Source: Dipteris shenzhenensis
Taxonomy: Eukaryota
Assembly: GCA_047967505.1 (NCBI GenBank)
Contig: CM106538.1
DNA: 64,000 nucleotides
Reading direction: 5' to 3' (one strand)
The position numbers and the translations under genes were made by a program. Position 1 is the first letter of the stretch, and each line of letters opens with the position of its first letter. This document shows, in pieces, positions 12,201 to 23,008 of the stretch. Below the pieces are notes generated by a model. The model was given only the letters and a program-made list of their open reading frames with translations, was not told the DNA's origin and did not search any database.

Positions 12201-12756
12201 CATGGCTGGTTTCAATTTTGCTCTTATATCTCTTTTGATTAAGGTAATTTTTTCTTTAGTTGTAGGTGGTATTCATTTATTTACAAGAATTTAAAAGGTC
12301 TATCAAATATGGTTATGGAATACCCCTCATGTGACATGTGACATGTCATGCTATCATTGCATTATGCTCTTATGGCATTTTCAGAAATTTACCTGTGAAT
12401 CTGGACGGTTGTCTATGTTCCTTGGTAAAGCAATAACATGGCAGGGGTTACAGGCATTACCTGTCTACCCATTTGAAATGATGATATTCTAATACCTCAT
12501 TTTTATTAGATGGTGGTAGATAAGTGAACCCTGACCTCCGAGCCTGGACTACCGGATGGACTCTACACTTTTGTAAACCTACCTTGTTTGGCTATAATAC
12601 CTTCGAAATAAAATTATATCTCATTTCTTTTAAATGTTTAAATCTTGATATTTGAATTATTTTTAAATTTTAATTGTTTAGTTTAAGGCCAATCTATGAC
12701 TGAATCGACTTTATGGTTCAATTATTGAGGGGATAATGAATTCTAAACACACACAC
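9287..12756 (+). repeat. Long repeat copy A, bounded by (CA)n; possibly a decayed LINE 3' portion
   Basis: Colinear with 13296-16158 and, over 11942-12402, with 16606-17059. It begins at a (CA)n tract and has aatgaattctaaacacacacac near 12737-12756. A weak zf-RVT-like RLSHHGAMGDCIFCS...SHLW occurs at ~10340-10440. Confidence 0.7.
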
Positions 12757-13295
12757 TGCTCTTCCTACTAGCCTTTGGTCCGGGCTAGTAGTATACAATT
12801 GTTTCAATTTAGTAATGGCTTCTCTTTGCTTTGGTATCTTGTAGTTTCTCTTGTCCTTTTATACAGGCTTAGAATCATCTCCTTACCAAGAGGCATTTAA
12901 GTTGATTCTCCTTTCCCCTTATGCAGGGTCGGAGTTGTCTCCTTACCAAAAGGTATCTGGATAACTCTCCTGTGTAATAATATAATTCTTAATGATTGTT
13001 TAATAGTTTGAATCCCCTTAATGGGTCAGTCATCTGACATCTTATGGTGATTTATCTTCCTTGATTTACTAACTATTGAATCTGATGCGCAGAGATTAGA
13101 TGAAAGTACACTTCGGATACCCTTTTCTATCAAGCCCACTTATGACACTTACTTCGTCATCTCCTACAAAACACTTCTATTATACTAGGAAATGTCTTGT
13201 AATTTCTCTTGTATCAATTTCTTGGGTGGGGAGTAAGTCCACATGGTGGGCTTACTCCCCAGCATGTGGTCTTACCCTCTAGGTTGGGGGTGGGC

Positions 13296-16158
13296 CACAC
13301 ACACACACACACACACACACATTAATCTTGCTTAATAATTTTTTGATCATTTTCACACACATGCTCAGAATCCCCCCCGACACACTTACACATGCACATA
13401 ATAACCCCCTTGTTAGGATTCAATTTGTTAACAAGGATACTCATCCCCTTTCTCTCTATAATCATGTATGCCCTGGAATTATAACACTCATAAACTTGCC
13501 CAGTTGGAAATATTGTTGAAAAAATAATATGGTATTATTCCCCTCCTCCCTTTCCCATCACTCTTATGATATATATATATATATATAAGTTTGCAAATAC
13601 GTTCTTAATAAAATTTCCCTTTTATTTTTAATAAAAAATCCCCATTATTGTGTAATAAACCCAAACAAAAAATTTCCCTTCTTTTCCCGTGTTAAGAGTT
13701 CTTGCCTTAGGAACATGTGTTTACATTTGGTGGATAATTAAGAGATGATGTTATATGATTTTCTATTATCTCTAGGCTATCTACATACTTGGTTCCTTTT
13801 ATACCTTCATAACGTCCCCTTTGTTGGCTTACTCATCTTTACTTAAACATAGGGATTTCTCTATACAACTATAGGATATTCTCTAAGCCTATCCCTTCAA
13901 AGCATTGACCCACGTCCTCGCTCTCTTTACTTGGCCTTAACTGTTTAATTGGCGTTTTTCTTTATTTGGCCACCACGTCGACTCTACTGCACAAGACTGG
14001 CTTCTCGTGATCTTACTGATCAGTAGCTTGGCGACCTCTCACGGCTCTTCCTTTCTATACTACTAGCACTCCTTGGCCTTTCCTTCTTAGTTCTCTTCAT
14101 TGCCTCCTTGCTAGTCAGTATCGTCCGACTTCCTGGCTACCACTTGCTCCCAAGGGTTGCCTCCTTTTGTGCTGAACTCTCCCTTCCCCTTATGCTATTG
14201 CCTCTCTAAACTCTCACTGCATGGCAGTTCTTCTCGACCCCCCCTCCTTCTCTGTCGCTTGGTATGATGGGTTTCTCATCGCGGTGCCACGATGATTGTA
14301 TCTTTTGCTCTACGACTCCTATTCCATCTTCAACCCTTGTTCGACGTCTTAGTCACCTCTGGCTCGGCGTCGTCGTTGCATGGCAGCTATCATGGTCACC
14401 TTGCCTCTTTTGGTGCTTACCCTCAGCTTTAGCATAAGATTACAATTAGCTTCGGCTGCTTCTTGCCCGCCATCAAGCAAAGGTATAGTTCCTTGTTGCA
14501 GCTCGAACTCTTGCCAGAAGACCTCTCTAACTTCTGTGTTGGGGATGGGCAAGCTAGACTGGTTGGCCTCCTTCTCACGTTCGAACTTGCTTTCACTGAG
14601 TTTTTCTTGGTATTTAGCTCGCCAACCCTCCTCTCGACTTCTGCACAGTACCTCTTAGCTTTGCTTGCCTTAGCTTTTTCCTTCAATTGAAAAGTGGCTT
14701 AACTCTCATTCGCCCTTCTCTGGACCTTACTCGCCTCGCTGCTCTCTGGTCGGGAAGGCAGTTACTGTTAGCTCGTCATGGCAGGTCGCCTCCTTTAGTT
14801 CTTGAAGACGGGTCACTTTCTACGTGCTTCTTCTACGTTGTTGCTTGAGTCAGGCTTCCGTGCAAGGTCGCACAGTTAGCAGCGTCAGCTTCTCTCTTAT
14901 TGCTTTTTAATGCCTTCTTTTGCTTGGCGGGGTGTCTCTTCATGGAGTGGACGATCTACATGGCGTCGTCTTCTTGACTCTTGCGCGTTGCCGTTGTGTG
15001 AACTAGTCTTGTTTCCTCTTTTTCATTGAAGTTGCTTGTTGAGACGTAGTTTTACTCGTTGTCGACACGTGCCCTTCTTTAAAGACCGTTTCTTAATTGT
15101 GCTCTTAAGTTTTCTTCCCTCTTAATAATCTTTTGTGTAGTCAACTATAGGGTTGACTATTTTTTGTTGATTATTTCCTTCTTTTAAATCTTTAAACTCT
15201 CTTAATAGTTTGACATTTTTGCCTTCTTGCACCTTTTTTTTATGTATATAACCTACTACAATAATTTATATGTTAAAAAGTTAATGAAAGTTAGTTCCTT
15301 ATTTATTACTTTTAGGTTATTTGTACAGAGGGTGTTGACCCCGCTCACCTATTTGTTTTTCCTTTAGCTTTTTGTAGTTTTCTTCTAAATTTAATGTCCC
15401 TTAAAGTTCTTTTCTTAATTATGGTTTTTATTTTCTTTGATGCCTTTGTAGCAAAACTTATGGTTAAATGTAAAATGATTAATTATAATTAAAATTTTCA
15501 GAGTTAACCATTTGGATATTTTTAATATAATTCAATTTCTTTTAATGTTGTCCTTTTAATTATTTTTCCATTCAATTTATTGTAGTAATTGCTTGATAAG
15601 TTAGGCTTTTCGCTGTCTTACATACTTAGTTTAATTACTACTTATATAATGGATTTTTTATTAATTCTTTGTATCCTTATTTTCTTCTTTTAAGTTAATC
15701 ATTGATGTCTTTTATTAAATAAATTGTCTTAGTTAAGAGTTTGTTTTAATAAATCTCATAGTTAACCATTTGTTTACCTCATTGTCATTATTATAGCACC
15801 TGTTAATGTGAGGTTAGCTAGGGATGGCCTTGGACTTTACCCCTTGGCATTTTGGTTCCCTTGTGTTTTCCTTTTAATGCTCATTGTTTACATGTGCTTA
15901 GCTAACATTTATTGTTTAATTTTCCTCTCCTTCTTAAAATTTTTTAAACCTAGTCATCTTTTCTTAATTGTACTAGTGCTTTTTCTATAAGTGTTCCCGT
16001 CAAGTAATTATGGTTAATCTTTCAAGGATGAGGATTACCCTCCTTAGAGACTGTTGATAATTTAAATCGCTTAATTCTTATTCCTAAATTTAATGGTGTG
16101 GACTACTCCTTTCAATAATATTTTTTGTGATGGCTCCCATGATTGGTTTCAATTTTGC
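13296..16158 (+). repeat. Long repeat copy B
   Basis: Starts at (CA)n and aligns throughout with copy A (e.g. ggattcaatttgttaacaaggatactcatccc at ~9443 and ~13416). It breaks off at 16158. Confidence 0.85.
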
Positions 16159-16306
16159 TGTAATATGTTACTACCCTCGTCCAACATCTAGAGTATGGGG
16201 GGACAAGGTCCATATATAGCATGCATGGATTTTCTTTTAAAAATTCAAATATGCAAGGGAAAAATATGAAAATTTCGTGTCCCTCCTCCCACAAAATATA
16301 AGGTAT
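16159..16306 (+). repeat. ~148-bp segment beginning TGTAATATGTTACTACCC, copy 1 (possible LTR/TE terminus)
   Basis: Near-identical to 17550-17697; shared homology starts exactly at TGTAAT. Confidence 0.7.
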
Positions 16307-16342
16307 ATACCTTGACACGTGAGCGACTGCGGTAGTGCACTC

Positions 16343-16351
16343 TCTCCCTAC

Positions 16352-16387
<36 letters not shown>

Positions 16388-16414
16388 CCTCTCCTTTGCT
16401 CTCCCTCTCTCTCC

Positions 16415-16455
<41 letters not shown>

Positions 16456-16600
16456 CAGCGCGCTTGCTCTTAGTCTCTCTCTCTCTCTCCCTCTCCCTCT
16501 CTCTTGATTCCCCCCCCCCTCTCTCTCTCTCTCTCTCTCGTGCACGCTGTCGGCAGCGTGCTCTCTCCCTACACTTATCTCTCTCTCCCCTCCTTCTCCT
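16343..16600. repeat. Imperfect (CT)n microsatellite
   Basis: Long interrupted ctctct tract. Confidence 0.95.
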
Positions 16601-16605
16601 TTGCT

Positions 16606-17059
16606 CTCATTGTTAACATGTGGTTAGCTAACATCTTTATTGTTTAATTTCCCTCTTCTTCTTAAACTTTTTAGATAGTCATCTTTTCTTAATTTCACTA
16701 GTGCTTTTTCTACAAGTGTTCCCTTCAATTAATTGTGGTTAATCTTTCAAGGATGAAGATTACCCTCCTTATAGACTATTGATGGTTTAATTTGCTTGAT
16801 TCTCATTCCTAAATTTAAGAGTATGGACTATCCCCCTCAATAATATTTTTCGTGATGGCTCCCATGGTTGATTTCAATTTTGCTCTTTTATCTCTTTTAA
16901 TTTTGGTAAATTTTCCTTTAGTTGTAGGAGGTATGCATTTATTTACAAGAATTTGAAAGGTCTATTAAATATGGTTATGGAATACCCCTCATGTGACATG
17001 TGATCTATTATCGTTGCATTATGCTCTTATGATATTTTCAAAAATTTACTTGTGAACCT
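16606..17059 (+). repeat. Long repeat partial copy C
   Basis: Matches 11942-12402 (ctcattgtt.acatgtggttag ... aaatttac.tgtgaa) and overlaps in sequence with the end of copy B. Confidence 0.8.
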
Positions 17060-17549
17060 AGTCGTTAATGTTATTGCTGATACGGCAACTGCTGCCAGCA
17101 GGGGTGATCCATTGTATATGCAGTTTGTCTCTCCTTTATTTACAACTCTAGAGTCCATGAACCCCTACAAGCACATGGAGCGTGGGCAGCCATTTACAGA
17201 CCAAATGAATGAATTACTTGAATCGGATACAAAAGAATGAATGAATCGTCAGTTATCAACAGGGCATGAAACAGACGTGTAGAGTAGTGGTACTCGATCT
17301 CCATTCCTTCTAGCTTGATGTCCACATGATGGTTGTTGGGTGTTTTCACCACAATGGTGGAAAAATTATTAATACAAAAGTTTTGGCGTAGAGATTTTTT
17401 TAAATAAAATTTACAAAATGTAAACAATTAATAATTCTTAGGTATTTCTAATTAGAAAGGTCCACTTCCAACATAATGAAATTTCCTAGCACATAGTAAA
17501 TACCTTTGCATCAATAAGTGTATCTACATCCTAGGGCGCCAACTCAATA

Positions 17550-17697
17550 TGTAATATGTTACTACCCTCATCCAAAATTCAGAGTATGGGGGGACAAGGT
17601 CCATGTATAGCATGCATGGATTTTCTTTAAAAAATTCAAATATGCAAGGGAAAAACATGAAAATTTCGTGTCCCTCCTCTACAAAATATAAGGTATA
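17550..17697 (+). repeat. ~148-bp TGTAATATG segment, copy 2
   Basis: Direct repeat of 16159-16306. Confidence 0.7.
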
Positions 17698-18646
17698 AAT
17701 GTTGAAATGTGTGCTGCCGCAACAGCCATCCATTTTTTGTAGGATCAAAGATCCGTCGGATGTGACAAGCTGCCACTTCTGCTTTCATTTTCCATGTCTT
17801 CATCAAGGTCTTTTCCAAGACTTATTGTCCCAAAGTAAGATCTAAGTGGTGGGTAGGGAATCTAGCTTGTGGATCTCCGTCTCCATCCTCTATCTCCATA
17901 TTTTTACACTGAGATCGTGCCAAGTGTCTTCTTCTTGATTGGATTACCTTTTGACTTGAACCCTTCCTATCAGTGTAACCATGTTAAATTTTTCTCAAAA
18001 GTGGGATTAAAATACCCCTCCTTTTGAATGCACATGGTACACTAAACTTTTTGGAGGTGAACCCCCTGAGGTCCTTCTACACTAGACTTGCGAAAGGCCT
18101 TATTGAGGTCATGTAGTGTGAGTGTATTATCAAAGTTGATGTTATGGGGGAGTAGTATGGCTTTGAGTGTGTGTAAAAAGATAAGTGTACATGTCGAGGA
18201 CCGTGTGTGGTGTGAAACAGAGGGTAGAAGCATGGGATGATGCTTCTTGCAACCTATCATTGATTTGATCGAGGTCTCGTGTTGGAGGGGAAGAAGCCAA
18301 TGTTGTCTAAAGGTCCACCGCCTATAGTCTCTGAATTTGCTGCTCTCTTTGTTTGGCAACTGCATAAAGTTTTTCTATTAGGGCATGCTATTATTGGACC
18401 TATAGCTCCAATGCCTACTTTGTTTCTACTACCTGGGCATGTTGTTGTTGATCCAGTGTGGCTTGTTCTTGCAATGCCTCAAACTCGAGGAGTTCACCAC
18501 ATAATACGTAAGATAGGACATGAGTTCAATAGAAGGGGTTTTATTTTCTTATAGAGTTGTCCCAGTGGTGAAAATCTTATCACCTGTATTGGTACTTCTA
18601 CAATGTCTTGAATCCTTTGCTTTTGGAGGGTCCGCATGGTAGATAA

Positions 18647-19301
18647 TGTTAGATATGCTCAATGCCCCACCTTCTTGGAAACCACCAGTGGTCCAAGGTG
18701 CTCAAGTTTAAGGCCCCCATATGAGGAGAAGCCATGTGTGAGCCTGGGACACTGGATAAATCATGACTTGCATGTCAAATGAGGTCTATCAATGAGACTG
18801 TTATGGTAGAAAGGTGATATGTGTGAGTCTAGCATACGGGCTAGGCAGGGTAGGTAAGCTGGTAGCATAACAAGGCGCATTGTCTTGATTGTGTGGGAGC
18901 CCCTTATTCTTGCTGGCCCCCCTAGTAGGGGTTCAGGGGCGAGAGCCACCGAGGCGACGGTATACGGAATATTCCATGAATATTCCATGGACGACTAGTC
19001 AATTCCACCGACTAGGTTGACTGGTCGGTTCCACCGACTACGTTGATCAGACTATCGCCCTCATAGCTATAAAGAGGTGACCTTCCTAGTCCATTGTATC
19101 AGATCAGATTTTCTAGCTAGTAGCTCTTCACCTAGGATCTATCTAGATCATCATCTAAGCTCCACTGTGGGAGTACACGGGTGGATAGAGCCATCATTTG
19201 TACTACATCAGTATTGAAGGAAATTTTTTTTCATCTCCAATTTGATGTGTACTCTCTATTCTTTGTTTAGTTTCTATTCTGCTGCGCCATGTAATTTAAC
19301 A
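18647..19301 (+). mobile_element. Solo LTR of the same Ty1/Copia family as 41821-46515
   Basis: TGTTAGATATGCTC...GTAATTTAACA is the reverse complement of the LTRs at 41821-42482 and 45883-46515. No PBS or PPT is adjacent. Flanks gataa/aatag match 3/5, a possible decayed TSD. Confidence 0.9.
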
Positions 19302-19555
19302 AATAGGTAGGTGGAGGACCTCAGTCTCTGAAATTGCTCTTGTTCCATTTGTCTTAGCAATGGGATAGATATGGTACGGGAGGAGGAAGTTGTGAGAATC
19401 CTACAAACAAGGACAAAGCAGAAAAACGAGAGAAAAACAAGAGGTGGAGCTTTCATACTCGTCTCTTTCATGTATTGTTTTTTCCTTGAGATAAAAAAGG
19501 AAAGGAGGAGAGAAACTCAAGAGAAAGGAAGGGAAACTAGAGGAGAGGGAGAAAG

Positions 19556-19735
19556 AAACCCTAAACCTGTTCGAGGTTTAAGGGGGTTTAGGGTTTAGGG
19601 TTGGGGGGGTTTAGGGAATTTGGACAGGTTTAAGGGGTTTGAGGGAGTTTGGGGGGTCTTCAAGGTTCAAGGGTTTGGAGGGGCTAAGGGGTTTTGGGTA
19701 CCAGAGAAGGGTTTGGGGGTTTTTGGGGGATTTGG
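19556..19735. repeat. Degenerate telomere-like (TTTAGGG / G-rich) tract
   Basis: aaaccctaaacc...ggtttaagggggtttagggtttaggg...tttaggg, followed by degenerate GGGTTT units. Confidence 0.6.
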
Positions 19736-20194
19736 GTGTTTGACTTGACTAGGGGGAGGGCTTTAAATGTGTTCAATTGGAGAGGGTAAGTAGTAACAAA
19801 TCATCATATGGGGGGCTACGTCTCAGGAATGTGGATTGGCTTTGTGAGAGATTTCATTGTCCTTGCACGCATTGCAAGTGAGGGGTTCATCATCAGTGCC
19901 ATATTGTCATGTGCCACTTGCACATGTATGAAGAGGCACCACCAAAAGAGGATATTGGTCATCATGCTAGTGCATCATCGGTAAAGCAATGATATTTGAG
20001 TGATTCATGGATATTTATATTGTGGGTGGTAGCAAGCTAAGGGTGTCCACTTTTTGACCACTCCAGGCAAAGTGTGACACGCCCAACTCACAAATACAAA
20101 GGATTGGAGTACCTCCATTGTGGTATTGCATGCAATCGAACTTCAACACGTGGAGGTTCAAGAGCTAATGAGTGGAGGTTTGGGAGGAGAAAAA

Positions 20195-20865
20195 AATCTC
20201 GATTGTGGTATTGTGCAAAAATCAAAGCTCAACAAACAAACCTTGAACGTGGTTATGTGTCATCCAGCATGCCTACCTTATTGGAGGTGTGTGGCAGCCT
20301 ACATGCTCATCCAAAAACCTCGATCGCGGTATTTGGGCAGGATACTCTATGCACATGTGGCCATGTGCTAGCAAGCCAAATACCTGGATCATGGTATTTT
20401 ATACCTCAATCATGGTTTTTATACCTTGATCATGGTATTTCATGCCTCGATCATGGTATGCATGGATGACACATCTTGCGCCCATGGCAATGTGTTGGCA
20501 TTCCAAGTACCTTAAAGGAGGTATGTAGTCATGGCATATGCTTAGCATTTGGCAAGGCAAGTCCTACGTGGTATGCTTGCGTGGTTTTTTCAAAAATTGA
20601 TTTGTCATAGAACTGGCATGCTGAGTTGGCATAAAAAACCTCGATCGTGGTCATTTCATGGATCCTTCACATGCATAGGTGTTGCATGAAAACCTCGATC
20701 GAGGTATGGTTTTGTGTGCCTCACATGCATACGTGCATGAAAAAAACCTTGATCGTGGTATGTTCATACATTTGTCGCATGCATGGATGTCACATCAAAA
20801 TCTGCTATCGAGGTATGTATTATATGGTATGTTGCTTTACCCTATCAATTACCACGATCGAGGTA
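20195..20865. repeat. Dispersed array of ACCTCGATCGTGGTAT-like motifs (probable TE subterminal repeats)
   Basis: About 10 variants, e.g. atctcgattgtggtat, acctcgatcgcggtat, acctcaatcatggt, accttgatcatggtat, gcctcgatcatggtat, acctcgatcgtggt, acctcgatcgaggtat. Confidence 0.6.
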
Positions 20866-21039
20866 ATTGACTATGATAAGCCATTGTCATTACCAAGGGG
20901 ATGCTGACACATGTCTGGAGTTTATTAGTCCAAAACTAGGATTGAGGTGGCATTTGCAATTTTTCGATGGAAATAGTTGACAAACATCTTGGACGGACAT
21001 GGCAAGTGGAGGCGATCCAGATGCAAGGCAACACGATGA

Positions 21040-21440
21040 GGGGAGGGGTAGGGCGATGAGGGGAGGGGCGCCCGAAGATTCCAGGTTGGTCATCATTTGT
21101 AATGTGTTTCAATATGCATTTTTGGTGGGGGCAAGGCAGAGGTAGCATGTTGGCTGAGGTGGAGGCGGGGGGAGGGTGGCCGAGGGTAGAGAGGGCGAGG
21201 CAAAGGGAGCAGGGTGGCAAAGCACAGAGAGATGAGATTGAGGGTGTAGGGTTCCCTTTGGCATGGAGGATGTAGGCAGAGGGAGGGAGGGAGGGTGGAG
21301 AAGGAGAGAGCAGGGTGGCTGAGGGAAGGGGGAGGTGGAGGGAGGGGGGAGGGAGGTGGAGGCATAGGGAGGGGCGTCAGGCAGAGGGAGGTGGGGAGTG
21401 GGCAGGGAGGTGGAGGTGGAGGTAGGGGGGGAGTGAGAGG
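21040..21440 (+). repeat. G/purine-rich low-complexity tract
   Basis: Many GGAGG/GGGG runs; these explain the spurious poly-Pro and poly-Gly ORFs. Confidence 0.7.
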
Positions 21441-23008
21441 CTGCAGTAGCTTGGGCACGGTGTGGGGCAAATTCACTATGGAAATCCCAATCATTGGTAC
21501 AGAAATCATAGAGGGAGGGGGGCTACCACATGTCGACTTGTCTATAGGTTGAGACATCAGGTTTTTTTTCTGCATCTTAAAGATGAAGGGGATATCCAAA
21601 TCTTTCCTTAAAAATTCAAATGTCTCAATCTTTCCCAAAAAACTGTGTTGCATTTTTCGTGTCCTCATTTGGGAATTGTAAGCTTAATCTTTGTGCTACG
21701 CAGTCAAATCCCAATGGCAATCTATGTCTTTTCAAAGCATCCTTGTGTACCCCAATGAAGTGATGTATACATTAATGGTGAGAAACATTATCCAAAAAAG
21801 ATCTAAAAATGTGTGAAGACGATTTCTTTCATTTGCTCAAAAAGAAATGTAGAGGGTTGTTTTGCTGGACAGTTTGTCTCTTCTCATGTCTTTATGTTTT
21901 AAAATTTGGAAGCAGTGAACATGAGATTTTGAGATGTACATTAATTCATTGGAATTTGTTAAGCATAGTGCTTAAGTTATGATGTTTAACAAGTGAACGA
22001 GTTTGTTGGATGGTATAGTGATGGAATGAGCTTTTATAATGGATTGTACATGAGTCTGTGGGCTTGGTTCAATGTTACAAGTATTTGTCTTTGAACTCTT
22101 AAGTATTTTTTTGACTCACATCTTTATCGTCAATGCAACTATAGTCACAAGTAGCATGACCTGTCGATAGACAGGCTAAACCTTTGTCCAATTTCAAGGT
22201 TTACATCCTAGGTTGCCTTTAATTTCTACGAATAAAGTACTAAAGATGATTGCAAAATGTATCAAGAATAGAGGTCCTCCATGTAGTTTTGTTAGAATGT
22301 GCAAAACAAATAGAGGCAGGAATAGGCCATGTTCTCTCAAAGCATATACCTCTGAAGTCTTTGTGCGACTTTGCGTGCTCCTTTGCGTAGCTTTGCTTAG
22401 CTCAACACAAACCTCAACTTCTACATTGCTAGAAAGGAATCCCCTCTTCATATTAAAAGGAGGCGCCTATATGTACATGTTAGCAAGTGGGAATGGTTGA
22501 CACATGAGAAGTTAAGGACTCTAGTCCCTCTTGCTTTCTCTCAACCATTTCAATGCCACAGTTATGCATCTCTAGCATAATGTAAGGAGTCAAGCGACAC
22601 TTGACTTCTCACATTGACAAATAGACTCACCTAATACAATGGTAGAACCCAATTCACCTCGTTGAATAGCAGCCCACACATTTTACAAGTTAGTAGATAA
22701 TTTTCATAGAGGCAATAGCTATCGAGCTATTCATCCAAGAGCAATAAATTTTCAAAGTTAATAAAGAAATAAGTTATACCCTTCATTAGAATTTTGCTTT
22801 TATTCACTTGTATTATCACTTCCACTATTATGCATGAAAGGATTTGCAAACTTTCATTTGAAGTAGAAAAATGTAAAAATGAAAGAATTGTTGATAGACA
22901 TTATGGAGAGATAGAAGAATAGTTACACTTGATGATAGTCATGGATAGAAACATGTAGAATACCCCAAAACATGTACCAAATACTTGGTCCTCTAGGGAC
23001 GCCAATGT

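Noticed and set aside
16112-16616. ORFs rich in RE or LS repeats
   Set aside because: These are artefacts of the (CT)n microsatellite.
21093-21668. 191-aa proline-rich ORF (extensin-like)
   Set aside because: It arises from a G-rich low-complexity tract within repeat DNA, with no signal peptide or gene structure.
17550-22079. Possible single large LTR from TGTAAT (17550) to GTTACA (22079)
   Set aside because: The flanks (caata / agtat) do not form a TSD and no PBS or PPT was found.
22290-22638. Possible small solo LTR (TGTTAG...AATACA)
   Set aside because: There is no matching TSD or second copy in the window.
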